Positions 45,458-55,190 of a stretch of DNA of 64,000 nucleotides are shown here, piece by piece; the stretch's first letter is position 1; every line of letters begins with the position of its first letter. The notes beneath the pieces were generated by a model. It was not told where the DNA came from, ran no database searches, and saw only the letters and a program-made list of their open reading frames with translations. A program made the translations under genes and the position numbers. Origin of the DNA: a virus (lineage: Duplodnaviria; Heunggongvirae; Uroviricota; Caudoviricetes); IMG/VR virus record IMGVR_UViG_3300000571_000003, positions 21,812 through 85,811 of that record, one strand, 5' to 3'.

Positions 45458-46071
45458 AAAAAATTTCTCTGAATTTAGGATGTGGCATAGGTTTTGTAAA
45501 GAATTTTATTAATGTAGACAATTTCATTGATGAGAAAAAGACAAGAAAAAAAACGGGTGAATACGTTGATTCAGAAATAGGAGAAAATGCAATCTTTGTT
45601 AAGGGTGATATGAGAGCATTACCATTTAAAGATAACTATGCTGATTATATAGAGTCTGTAGATGCCATAGAGCACATATCACACATTGATATAGGTAAAG
45701 TATTTAGTGAAATGTATCGTGTTCTGAAACCAGGTGGTGAGCTTGTTCTCTTTACTACAGACTTTGATGAGCTTGCACGTTTGTGGAGTGGATATATAGC
45801 TGATAAACCATTTGATTTTGAGAAATATCACGATCTAATGGAAGTTATTTATGGGAACCAACATCATGATGGGGAATATCATAAAATACCTTTTAATAAA
45901 GATTTTCTTTCAAAGTGTCTCATTGTAGTTGGATTTAAAGCTGAAGATATAAAGATGATTATATATCCTACCAACTGTGCAACGTGGCCACCCCTTAAGA
46001 CATGGCCAAAAAAGAAAGATCAGGTAATACGAACTCAAATGATTTATGTGTCAGTTAAGAAGCAAAAATAA
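45454..46071 (+). CDS. class I SAM-dependent methyltransferase (Methyltransf_11-like)
   Basis: LNLGCGIG (motif I), GDMRALPFKDNYADYIES (post-I/II), LKPGGELVL (motif III); lacks DPPY/NPPY of DNA amino-MTases. Confidence 0.65.
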   Translation: MKKISLNLGCGIGFVKNFINVDNFIDEKKTRKKTGEYVDSEIGENAIFVKGDMRALPFKDNYADYIESVDAIEHISHIDIGKVFSEMYRVLKPGGELVLFTTDFDELARLWSGYIADKPFDFEKYHDLMEVIYGNQHHDGEYHKIPFNKDFLSKCLIVVGFKAEDIKMIIYPTNCATWPPLKTWPKKKDQVIRTQMIYVSVKKQK

Positions 46072-46074
46072 TAT

Positions 46075-46632
46075 ATGACAAAAGGACTCTATAAAATAGA
46101 GATCAGAAAAACGTGTAAGGTGTGCACCGCCAAAATAGAAGGCAAGCGCATGCGTTCATATTGCTCAAAGAAATGCAGGGAGAAATTCTTTAATAAAAAG
46201 AATCAACCATACAGTACAGAATGGCAAAGAAGGGCACGGGCAAAGATAGCAATACTACCAGATGAAGAAAAGATCCAGTGTCAGATATGCCTTCTACGCT
46301 ACCATAAGATAGCTGGTCATGTACGTTACGTTCATAAGATGACCGCAAGACAATATAAACAGGAATTTGGTTATGATGTAAAGAGAGGAATTCTATCTGA
46401 CAAAGCCCGAAAGAATATTAGAGATAGAACACTGGAAAATGGTACGATGGAAAATCTAAAAGCGGGTAAAAGATATTGGTTCAAAGAGGGACAACAGGAA
46501 GAGACATATGAACGGTCAGAACAGACAGAAAGAAGATTAAAGGATGTTCATATCTTTAGAACACGAGATGTAAGAAAAATAAGAAATGCTTTAGAATCTA
46601 AATTTAAATCAGTAAGACAATATATTGTATGA
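46075..46632 (+). CDS. MucR/Ros-family zinc-finger transcriptional regulator
   Basis: IQCQICLLRYHKIAGHVRYVHKMTARQYKQEFGYD fits the Ros/MucR C2H2-like motif (C..C...H..H...tp.eYr..wg). Confidence 0.5.
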   Translation: MTKGLYKIEIRKTCKVCTAKIEGKRMRSYCSKKCREKFFNKKNQPYSTEWQRRARAKIAILPDEEKIQCQICLLRYHKIAGHVRYVHKMTARQYKQEFGYDVKRGILSDKARKNIRDRTLENGTMENLKAGKRYWFKEGQQEETYERSEQTERRLKDVHIFRTRDVRKIRNALESKFKSVRQYIV

Positions 46633-47003
46633 ATGACACAAAACATCAATACCTAGAGGACTATAATGACTTTCTCAAGACCTACCACCGTGGTCAGGTA
46701 TCGGCGGAGGAGGTTGGCGAGTTGATTGTAAAGATGGCAAGCTACTTTGCACAGTATAATATGGCAATGGTACTTGCTGATAGAGCATTGGCAATGGTCG
46801 CACGTGATATTGAAAGTAGAACTGACGAGAATGGTAAAGCTATTAGTTCATCTAAAGCAAAAATCTTTACTGATGCAACGGATGAATCAATGGAATATAA
46901 TATGGCAAAGGCACATATACAAAACATTGAACAATTTCTTAATGCGTGTAAGTCATTACAAAAGGGAGTTTTAAATGAATATTCTCATATGGGAAATACG
47001 TAA
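46629..47003 (+). CDS. hypothetical protein
   Basis: 124-aa ORF. Confidence 0.45.
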   Translation: MNDTKHQYLEDYNDFLKTYHRGQVSAEEVGELIVKMASYFAQYNMAMVLADRALAMVARDIESRTDENGKAISSSKAKIFTDATDESMEYNMAKAHIQNIEQFLNACKSLQKGVLNEYSHMGNT

Positions 47004-47021
47004 CCTATAAAAAAATAATAT

Positions 47022-47279
47022 ATGCTAAAGTCTATAACATATATGAATATAAAGTGTGTAAATTGCGAAACTGAATTTTTACATAATAAGAAACATCACA
47101 AATTCTGCAGTGAAGAGTGTGCAGAAGAACATAAACGTGTAGATAAACATACATTTCCTAAATACATATGTACAAAGTGTAGATTTGAAGTTCAATTATG
47201 CTTCTCTCCAGTAGAAGATAAAAGAAGGTTCATGGAGTATAAGTGTGAGAAATGTGGAAGTAAAAATATAGAGAATTAA
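47022..47279 (+). CDS. small zinc-ribbon protein
   Basis: CVNCETEF..HKFCSEEC..CTKCRFE..CEKCGSK. Confidence 0.45.
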   Translation: MLKSITYMNIKCVNCETEFLHNKKHHKFCSEECAEEHKRVDKHTFPKYICTKCRFEVQLCFSPVEDKRRFMEYKCEKCGSKNIEN

Positions 47280-47282
47280 AAG

Positions 47283-47307
47283 AAGCCCCTTAAGTGGGGC
47301 TCTTTTT
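47283..47307. terminator. intrinsic terminator between convergent blocks
   Basis: AGCCCC-TTAAGT-GGGGCT followed by CTTTTTATT. Confidence 0.55.
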
Positions 47308-47308
47308 A

Positions 47309-50300
47309 TTACTTTTTCTCACCCATCTTCCCAACTGCACCAGAGATGTTTTCCAATATTCTTTTTCTCTTTGCTGCATCTTGTTCATTTTGTGTAGGTT
47401 TTGATTCTTTATTCTGAACAGCAATATATTTTCCAGCCTTTTCTGATTCCATCTTTATACCTTCTTCTATCTTGTTAAAAGTTTTTCCATTTTTATCATA
47501 TTTAGCCAATGGTTTGTTTTGTTTATACTTTTCATTAGACCATTCTGTGTTTTTATTATGAATAGTCATAATTTTTATAGCAAGATTTCTAGCATCTCTA
47601 GCAGCCTCTATTGCTGTATATGATAATCCAATCTCACCGCCTAGTCTTCCAAAAGACATTTCATCAAATTTAGTCAAATCTGTAGCATTAAGCTGTGCCC
47701 CTTGTTCTTCTCCTTGAATGCGAAATCCTTGTTCAAGAGCATCCTTTATCTTTATATCTTCTTCATTAGGTTTATGTTTTCCCTCAGAACTCTTCTGTTC
47801 AGATGATCTCTCTTCAGATTTCTTAGATGCTTCAGCAGCTCTCTTTCCATATATATATTCTTTATCCTTATCTGTAAGTTGATCATATGGTTTTCCTATC
47901 TCACTAAATCTTTTAAGTACGTCTTTTGGTTGAGATATAAAATGTCCCTGTTTATTTAATACCTTATAAAGATTATAATCAGAATATAGATTTTTCCCTT
48001 TTACTGTAGACATTCCAAAATATGAATCTAGAGTTCCTTTCCATTTCCATCCAAATATATGTTTAAGATCTTCCATTAATGCCTTATTAAATCCATATTG
48101 TGGTGAGTTTTTTGGATATGTTTTAATTACATCTTCCATTCTTTCAACAGCTGGTTTAGATGCTACCATATAAAGTTCATCGGCTCTTTTTTTTGCGTCA
48201 ATTTTATTCTCATTCTTTTTCATTCCTTTAAGAAAATTCCTCATTTCGTAATAATCTTTGAGATTTTTAACCCTTTCTTTAGGAGAAAGATTCTCTTCTC
48301 TAATATTATGTTCTTCTTTACCGAGAATACGATAATTCATCAGTGCATCAACCTCTTCTTTTGAAAGACCTTTTATGTCTTCATCTGTTAGCTTTGGCTG
48401 TTCTTCTCCCTTTACTTTTTCTTTGAAAACGCCAAGAAGTCTTTCATTTTCTGAACGTATTTTATCAATTTCTTTATTTAGAACATCTTGATCTGTTGAT
48501 GCTTTTCCTCCACTCTTAAATCTTATTTCTTCTTTTATTGGAAATTTTGTTTCAACACCATCTAATACTTTAGCATTCAGATCATCTATTGCATTCTTCT
48601 TTATGGCTAAATATTCCTTATCCATTATATTTGGAAAAGACTTCCTATTAAAAGAAATATCAATATTATGAAGAGTACTTGATATTCTTCTTAGATACAA
48701 TCTTCTATCTTTACCTGGATTCTCTTCTATCTTACTTATCTCATCTTTTCCAATAGAGTACACCTGTTTATATATATCATCTTCACTTCTCTTCTTATTC
48801 TCAATAGCTTCCTTACCCTTTGTTTTTATAATCTTTTGTTTTTCTTTATCTTTAGGTGTAAGTTCATAACCATAAGAACGTTCTAATTTTGTAACATCAG
48901 CACCTTGTTTTTTAGTCTCTAACTGAGGCTCTTTAATATCAGGTTCAATAATACCTTTATCCTCTGTTAAAATTTCCTTAGGCTTAAATTCTTTTTTTCC
49001 AACTCCAACAACCGGAATACCTCTAAAAAGTGAGCTGACAGGATTACTCTGAAAGTCACCACTAGGTCCAAAAAATTTATCAAATTCAGCATTTATCATT
49101 ACTGTATATTGATTTGCTTTTCCATCTTGTACTCCTTTTGATAGAATATCTCCTATTTCTACTGTTGTAATTATTTTTCTATTATCAAATAAATTTTGAG
49201 CTTGAGCATCATCTATAATATCTCCATGCACTGCGTTTATTTTTTCTTTTATTGCTTGAGCACTATTTTCTTTTTTTAACACCTCTCCAAATATTTCATA
49301 TGTTCTTTCTACCGCCAATCTTTCAGGAGTTACAGGAAGACCGGATTCTCTTAATGCTACAACAGGATCAACATATGTTTTTTCAGCAACAGCATTCACC
49401 AATCTTGTTGCGTTTTCTTTATTAGGTATATTGTTTGCATCAGAAATAACCTGTCCCTCTGGAACAGTAGAATGTACACCCTGTTTTGCTTTGGAAACAC
49501 CTGTTGGTTCTTCATAATACTGTTTCCAGTCTTTGCCTCTTATAGAATCTTCTTCTTTTATTACTAATTCTACATACGGTCTTTTACTTTCTGTTTCTGC
49601 TCCAGACTTATAACTGTTTATACGCCCTGTTGATATTTTTATACCCAATTTACCTTTTAACTCTCCTAATGTATTTGCATTATGATTAAGATCATATTCA
49701 GGAAAATTATTTTTTCTCATCTGTTCATTAACACTATTTTCTACCCCTTCCATTCTACTTGGTTTCCCTATCCATCCAAGAGGAATATATTGTATGATAT
49801 CTTTTCCATCTTTTTTCATTTTTACCACACCATAAACTTGTTCATTATACCAAGGGTTTTCATCTGGAAGATGTTTTTTATTCGCTATTTCTTCTTTTGT
49901 TATACTATTATTTTTCATTCTTTGAAATCTTTCTACTTCAGGTACAGATACTATAATTACTTGATGAGATGCTATTCCATTGTTTATATCTTTACTATCC
50001 AAACCACTAATATATGAATCCATGTTTTCCTTTTCTTTAGGAGATCCACTAATCCATACTCTCATGTCAGTTTTTGGATTATATTCAATCTTTGCATCAA
50101 AAGAAGGAAAAAATGTTTCATTCTTAATATTATCAGGAACCCTATCGATTGTCTTTCCTATTATATCTGGATCTCTATAATTATATGTTTGATATCTATC
50201 CTTTGTTTTCTTAAATAACGTAACAATATCATCTTTATTCATTTTTTGTTTTACAATTTCACTTTCACCACCTTTAATAAGCTGGCGTTCAGACATATCT

Positions 50301-52357
50301 ATCATGTCACTATGAAGTTTCATCTCACTTGGGCTTAACATCTCATTCTTGCCTTCTTCGGCAATAAGCTGTTTCATCCTATCACTATCTTCTTTTAATT
50401 TTATAGGATCTCTCATTTCTAAAGGAAAAGCTTCTCCTTTTTTTGCATATGTTAAATACGGGTTATGTTCACCCGGTTTGTTTGATAATATTTTACTTCT
50501 CATTTCTGTAACAAGTATATCTGAAAGCTTATTTTGGTCATCAGCCAGTGACTTAATTGACTTTTGCATTTCTGTAAGACTTCTTTCAGATTGTCCTGTT
50601 CCTACAAATCCATGTTCTCCTGAAGGTAGATACCACTTTGTTTTTGCTTTTGCAATCTCTGTTGGAATTTTATGTAACATCATCATCGTCAAAGCATTTG
50701 CAATTGCTTCTGAAGCATCAGGTTCTCCTTCTGCAAGATATTGTTCTGCCATACTTGCAGACCATACTGCAGCACCAAGTCCAAAGGTCTGAGGTAAACT
50801 TTTTGAAAAGAAACCAAGACCACCTCCATAAGCAGTATCAAAAATAAACTGTTTTGTACGTTCAGCTAGACCTGGATCTGGATCACCAAACATTGTTGGC
50901 ATTGTTGTTCTTAATTGACCATATGCTGCCATGCCTACAGCATTTTTCACCATATTCTTTGCCAATGTCTCACCAATCTTATCTTTTCTTTCTATAAGTA
51001 TTTTTCCTGTACCTTTATATGGTTGAGACATTACCCTATAGCCTGGTCTTTCTATTACACTTCCACCACCTATTAATTTTTTTACTTCTGCTAATTTCTC
51101 TGCACCTTTAACAACACCTGTAGCACCTTTAAATAAACCGGTTGCCACTCCTATACCTTTTACAATCTTCGTTGCTGCAGAAAATGGAATCATAAAACCA
51201 AGACCAGAACCTAAACCATATCCTAATGTTCCAGCAAAAGTCTCTGGTGGTTTTTCCATCGTTGGAATAACACCCATTGATGCCTCTTGTACAAATCCTT
51301 TTTGCATATTAGCCCAAAATGGAGGCAACTTATCCGCCTGTTCTGCTATAGATTTTCCTATTACTTTTCTAGATTCAGGAATACCTTTTAGATAATCCAT
51401 GAAACTTTGTTCTTTCGGTTTGCTCCACTCATCAGCAAACTTTTTAGCAACATTCAAATCAAGTTCTCCAGACATTTCTCCAGTCTTTGGATCACTCTTT
51501 AAAAATGGATTAGGAACACTGTCTACATTATAATTCTTTGCTATATCTTGCCACCCTTGAGCCATTATTTTAGCTTGATCTTTACTTATAATTCCATTAG
51601 TTAATAAAGTAAACGGAACAGCTTGAATCTTTGTTTTTATTGTATGTTGATCATGTCTTATAGGTTGTAAATTTTCTAATGTATCAACTCCACCAGCCCA
51701 GAGCGGTGTTATATGATCTATCTGTATATTCTTATTTCCACCAGTCATCATTAACTTCATCTGTGCTATATTAGCCTGTTCATTCGGAGGAAGAGCGGCA
51801 AATTTATTTGGATCTGTTAAGGCACTTCTTTCTGATTTTATTAATTTCCCAGGTTGTGATGGATCTGATATATATTGTCCGCCACCTAGAAATTTAGGAA
51901 TTGTTGATATTCTTGCAGTTTCTGTTGGAATTACCCATCTACCCTGTTCATCTGCTTTCCATGTCTGATATTCTTGACCAGCGGTGTCTTGTTTAGGAAT
52001 AGGTGTAGACTTTCTATCTTTTGGTTGAACAAACGGTTCGTTCAGCGGGTAATCTACGTTCTGTTGTTCATGAACCTTAGAACCTAAACTAGAAGAACCA
52101 GAAGCTATTTCTTCTGGTGTCATTGCCTGTTGCGTCTGTCCACTCTGTCTCGCTATAAGTTTTTGTTGTAATTGAGCTATCAATTGACGTATATATTCTG
52201 AATTTGTACCTATCTGACTCGGTATTTCTCTTTTTGTACTTAGACCTTGAGGCAATTGTTTTTTATACAAATTAGAACCGCTTGAAAGAGCTTTTCCAAT
52301 AGATGCTGTAGATTCTTGTGGAGAATATTGTGTGTTCTCAGGATATAGTGTTGGCAT
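47309..52357 (-). CDS. giant (1682 aa) virion/internal protein with embedded HNH motif
   Basis: Single long ORF last in structural operon; Q-rich N-terminus, Gly-rich segments, K/E-rich C-terminal half; no RNAP DxDGD motif found. Confidence 0.6.
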   Translation of the reverse strand: MPTLYPENTQYSPQESTASIGKALSSGSNLYKKQLPQGLSTKREIPSQIGTNSEYIRQLIAQLQQKLIARQSGQTQQAMTPEEIASGSSSLGSKVHEQQNVDYPLNEPFVQPKDRKSTPIPKQDTAGQEYQTWKADEQGRWVIPTETARISTIPKFLGGGQYISDPSQPGKLIKSERSALTDPNKFAALPPNEQANIAQMKLMMTGGNKNIQIDHITPLWAGGVDTLENLQPIRHDQHTIKTKIQAVPFTLLTNGIISKDQAKIMAQGWQDIAKNYNVDSVPNPFLKSDPKTGEMSGELDLNVAKKFADEWSKPKEQSFMDYLKGIPESRKVIGKSIAEQADKLPPFWANMQKGFVQEASMGVIPTMEKPPETFAGTLGYGLGSGLGFMIPFSAATKIVKGIGVATGLFKGATGVVKGAEKLAEVKKLIGGGSVIERPGYRVMSQPYKGTGKILIERKDKIGETLAKNMVKNAVGMAAYGQLRTTMPTMFGDPDPGLAERTKQFIFDTAYGGGLGFFSKSLPQTFGLGAAVWSASMAEQYLAEGEPDASEAIANALTMMMLHKIPTEIAKAKTKWYLPSGEHGFVGTGQSERSLTEMQKSIKSLADDQNKLSDILVTEMRSKILSNKPGEHNPYLTYAKKGEAFPLEMRDPIKLKEDSDRMKQLIAEEGKNEMLSPSEMKLHSDMIDMSERQLIKGGESEIVKQKMNKDDIVTLFKKTKDRYQTYNYRDPDIIGKTIDRVPDNIKNETFFPSFDAKIEYNPKTDMRVWISGSPKEKENMDSYISGLDSKDINNGIASHQVIIVSVPEVERFQRMKNNSITKEEIANKKHLPDENPWYNEQVYGVVKMKKDGKDIIQYIPLGWIGKPSRMEGVENSVNEQMRKNNFPEYDLNHNANTLGELKGKLGIKISTGRINSYKSGAETESKRPYVELVIKEEDSIRGKDWKQYYEEPTGVSKAKQGVHSTVPEGQVISDANNIPNKENATRLVNAVAEKTYVDPVVALRESGLPVTPERLAVERTYEIFGEVLKKENSAQAIKEKINAVHGDIIDDAQAQNLFDNRKIITTVEIGDILSKGVQDGKANQYTVMINAEFDKFFGPSGDFQSNPVSSLFRGIPVVGVGKKEFKPKEILTEDKGIIEPDIKEPQLETKKQGADVTKLERSYGYELTPKDKEKQKIIKTKGKEAIENKKRSEDDIYKQVYSIGKDEISKIEENPGKDRRLYLRRISSTLHNIDISFNRKSFPNIMDKEYLAIKKNAIDDLNAKVLDGVETKFPIKEEIRFKSGGKASTDQDVLNKEIDKIRSENERLLGVFKEKVKGEEQPKLTDEDIKGLSKEEVDALMNYRILGKEEHNIREENLSPKERVKNLKDYYEMRNFLKGMKKNENKIDAKKRADELYMVASKPAVERMEDVIKTYPKNSPQYGFNKALMEDLKHIFGWKWKGTLDSYFGMSTVKGKNLYSDYNLYKVLNKQGHFISQPKDVLKRFSEIGKPYDQLTDKDKEYIYGKRAAEASKKSEERSSEQKSSEGKHKPNEEDIKIKDALEQGFRIQGEEQGAQLNATDLTKFDEMSFGRLGGEIGLSYTAIEAARDARNLAIKIMTIHNKNTEWSNEKYKQNKPLAKYDKNGKTFNKIEEGIKMESEKAGKYIAVQNKESKPTQNEQDAAKRKRILENISGAVGKMGEKK
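51644..51718 (-). other. HNH nuclease motif inside giant protein (residues 214-238)
   Basis: IDHITPLWAGGVDTLENLQPIRHDQH matches DH..P...GG.D...NL......H core of HNH nucleases (zinc Cys pair absent). Confidence 0.45.
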
Positions 52358-52358
52358 A

Positions 52359-54590
52359 TTATTTTATTAGAGAAGGATCATAACCGAGTCTTTTTAAGTT
52401 ATAATATTTTATAACATAAACAACATTATTTATAACATTTTCTATGTTACTGTTATCTATTGTTTTAATAATATGTCCATTACCGTCATCTCCTGTAAAG
52501 ACTCCTCTTGCGTTTTCTGGATCATCTCCAAAATCAATAACTTTCGCTGTTTGATAGTTATCATAAATATCACCTAATAGAGAACTGTCTATTGAGTCTT
52601 TATATTTCTTTATCCAAGATTCTTTATCCATTTGTCCTCTTCCAAATGATCCAGGTGTTATATCTTTTAATGCCTCTATAAACTTATCTTTATTTTCACT
52701 AAGATAATTCTTTATATAGGGATCTGCTACATCATACATTCCAGATGTAAGCTGTTGAGAAACACCTTTTGCGTTCTGAAGTTTCTTGCTTCCGCTAAGA
52801 TTAAACAATTGATTACTTCTTAGTTTAAGTTCTTTATATAATTGCGGAATATTAGATTTATGTTTATCCATTGTTACACTAAGACCACGGCCTATTTGAT
52901 CTATAATACCTGCTTGTTTTTTTCCGTTATCAATAAGAAGATCAACCTCATAAGGTATATTTACACTAGGATGAAGTATACTATCTTTATCCACAAATCT
53001 ATCACTATAATCTTTCTGTTCCGATATAAAATTACTATTATTATTATTTAAATCAATAATTGATTTAATAGTATTCAATTGTGATTTATTATAATTATCA
53101 AGTTTTATTTCCCAGTCTAATATTTTCTCTTTATCATTAGCATCATGTATCTGTTTCCATTTCTCATCAAGTTTCTTAGACCAATTATTATAATCTTCAG
53201 TTTTAATAGTGGATTTTCTTTGGAATGTTTCATTATAGTCATCTCTTGCCTTTGTATATTCATAATTTATACGATCTGATTCTCTATTATACGCTTCAAT
53301 ATTTGCGTTTAAAAATGCAGTGTAACTTTGATTTTGTCTACCTTTAAGAGTATTTAGATAATCAACATAATCATTAAGATGTTTGATATCGTCTGGATTA
53401 AATGTATCTATGAGTTTATGTTCTGTATCATTGATCATCTTATCTATGCCAGATATATATTCATCTCGTTCACGTATATATTTCTGTGTATCTGGAATAA
53501 TTGTTTTTCCTAATTTTGCTTGTTCTATACTTTTTTCTTCCCAATATTTTAATCCTTTTTCTTTTTTAAGTGTCTCTGAAAGAGCATCTAGTTGCCTGCT
53601 TAGACTTGCGCCTATAGGTAGATATTCATCTGATGTACCTGGAAACATTTTCCTTAATTCTTCTATTGGTAATGAGCGAATATTTGATTTGAATACTTCT
53701 TCACCGGGGGATTCCATTGCAATCTTTTCTATATCATTTATTGGAGTTGTAGTTTTTTGTTCTGTTTCTTCATGTGTTGTCGGAGATAATCCATTATAAT
53801 TTTGTTTCACTACATTTACAGCCGTTTTAGAATCAATACCGGCAGAGATAAGTCCATTATATAATTCATTTGCTCCTTCTTGTTGTATAGATATGCCTTT
53901 TATTTCTTCCGTCGTAATACCGTATTTTTGTGTAACCGGCTTTTGTACTACCTGTTGTTTTGATTGATTTATATTTGTTACATTTTTTGCAAACTGAGAA
54001 CTATCATATGATTTATTGAGAGGAGGAAATGGTTCACGGGGTCTATTTTCAATAGATTTATTTTGTTTACCTAAAAGTTCTGCCTGTATTTCAAAATCGC
54101 TTTTTTGTTGTATTGGTTTATTTAAATTTAATAATGGAGCACCAGTATAAGAGGTACTACCAGTAGTAGATAAACTACCATTTTGTATATTCTGTTGAGG
54201 ATTTTGTAAATTTTTTTGTCCTTGTTCATATAGATCCATTCCAGGAGTTCTAACAACCGAACCACTTTGATCAATATTAATCATTGGAGGAGCAGGAGGT
54301 AACACTGTTAATTTACTATATGGAGTATTTGTCTGTGGTGTATAAGGAAGATAATTAGTTTTTGTAGGAGCACTTTGACCCCATTTTGGTGTTACCGTTG
54401 TTGGACCACCTTGTCCATCTTCACGAAACTTTCTATCATATATTTTATCTATAGAATTAATGATAGATAAAGCCTGTTTTCTTTTCGTACTTCCAATAGG
54501 AGCATCAAAAGCAGCACCTATTATTTTAGAAAGTTTAGGATGGCTCATTATGGAATTAAATGCATCTATCTTATTTCTATGTTCTAACAT
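52359..54590 (-). CDS. large N/Q-rich structural protein (743 aa)
   Basis: Long ORF in structural operon, stop/start adjacency with neighbours. Confidence 0.55.
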   Translation of the reverse strand: MLEHRNKIDAFNSIMSHPKLSKIIGAAFDAPIGSTKRKQALSIINSIDKIYDRKFREDGQGGPTTVTPKWGQSAPTKTNYLPYTPQTNTPYSKLTVLPPAPPMINIDQSGSVVRTPGMDLYEQGQKNLQNPQQNIQNGSLSTTGSTSYTGAPLLNLNKPIQQKSDFEIQAELLGKQNKSIENRPREPFPPLNKSYDSSQFAKNVTNINQSKQQVVQKPVTQKYGITTEEIKGISIQQEGANELYNGLISAGIDSKTAVNVVKQNYNGLSPTTHEETEQKTTTPINDIEKIAMESPGEEVFKSNIRSLPIEELRKMFPGTSDEYLPIGASLSRQLDALSETLKKEKGLKYWEEKSIEQAKLGKTIIPDTQKYIRERDEYISGIDKMINDTEHKLIDTFNPDDIKHLNDYVDYLNTLKGRQNQSYTAFLNANIEAYNRESDRINYEYTKARDDYNETFQRKSTIKTEDYNNWSKKLDEKWKQIHDANDKEKILDWEIKLDNYNKSQLNTIKSIIDLNNNNSNFISEQKDYSDRFVDKDSILHPSVNIPYEVDLLIDNGKKQAGIIDQIGRGLSVTMDKHKSNIPQLYKELKLRSNQLFNLSGSKKLQNAKGVSQQLTSGMYDVADPYIKNYLSENKDKFIEALKDITPGSFGRGQMDKESWIKKYKDSIDSSLLGDIYDNYQTAKVIDFGDDPENARGVFTGDDGNGHIIKTIDNSNIENVINNVVYVIKYYNLKRLGYDPSLIK

Positions 54591-54593
54591 ATT

Positions 54594-55184
54594 TTATGAA
54601 TTTAAAAATTTCGCAAGATAACTATATGGATTTAAATATATTCCGGCAGCATCACGTATACGATAATCAAGATGACTTCCAGTCCCTCCTGTAGTAGAAT
54701 ATGTATTTCCAGTAGCACCCATTGAGGCTATATCATCACCTGCATTTATTCTATCTCCAACGCGTACATATGATTGTGATAAATGACTGTATCTATGTTT
54801 CGCTCCATATGGATCTTCTACGACAACATAATTACCATATGCTTTGTCTCCTTGTTTCTTTCCCGTTACAACCTCCTTTACTACTCCAGGAGCAAATGCT
54901 TTAATCGCTGTTCCTATTTTATTAGCTATATCTATTCCTGGATGCTCCGCTTCAGAACGGGTTGACCCCATAAAAGGTGTTGTAATTGTTCCCATATCAG
55001 ATATGAACTGTTCTATATTACCGTACGTTTTCGGTGAGCGTTTTTGAATATTAGAACCCTGTGGCTGTATTTGATTTCTTATTCTTAGTGGTATAGAAAG
55101 AGCGGATGCAATATTTTGAAAATTAGCATTCTCATCTTGATTGGCACCAAATTGTTGACCACGTAATTCTTCTGTTAAAGGCAT
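54594..55184 (-). CDS. M23-family (LytM-like) peptidoglycan metallo-endopeptidase
   Basis: HPGIDIA (HxxxD) and GSHLDYRI (HxH) motifs. Confidence 0.7.
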   Translation of the reverse strand: MPLTEELRGQQFGANQDENANFQNIASALSIPLRIRNQIQPQGSNIQKRSPKTYGNIEQFISDMGTITTPFMGSTRSEAEHPGIDIANKIGTAIKAFAPGVVKEVVTGKKQGDKAYGNYVVVEDPYGAKHRYSHLSQSYVRVGDRINAGDDIASMGATGNTYSTTGGTGSHLDYRIRDAAGIYLNPYSYLAKFLNS

Positions 55185-55190
55185 ATGATT

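Noticed and set aside
49682-50792. Plus-strand ORFs antisense to the 1682-aa gene
   Set aside because: They are embedded antisense in a long, clearly coding minus-strand gene. Their translations are hydrophobic, low-complexity and F/I/L-rich.
47309-52357. Giant protein as virion RNA polymerase (N4/crAss-like)
   Set aside because: No DxDGD/NADFDGD or T7-like motif A/C could be found by eye. It is left as a structural protein with an HNH motif.
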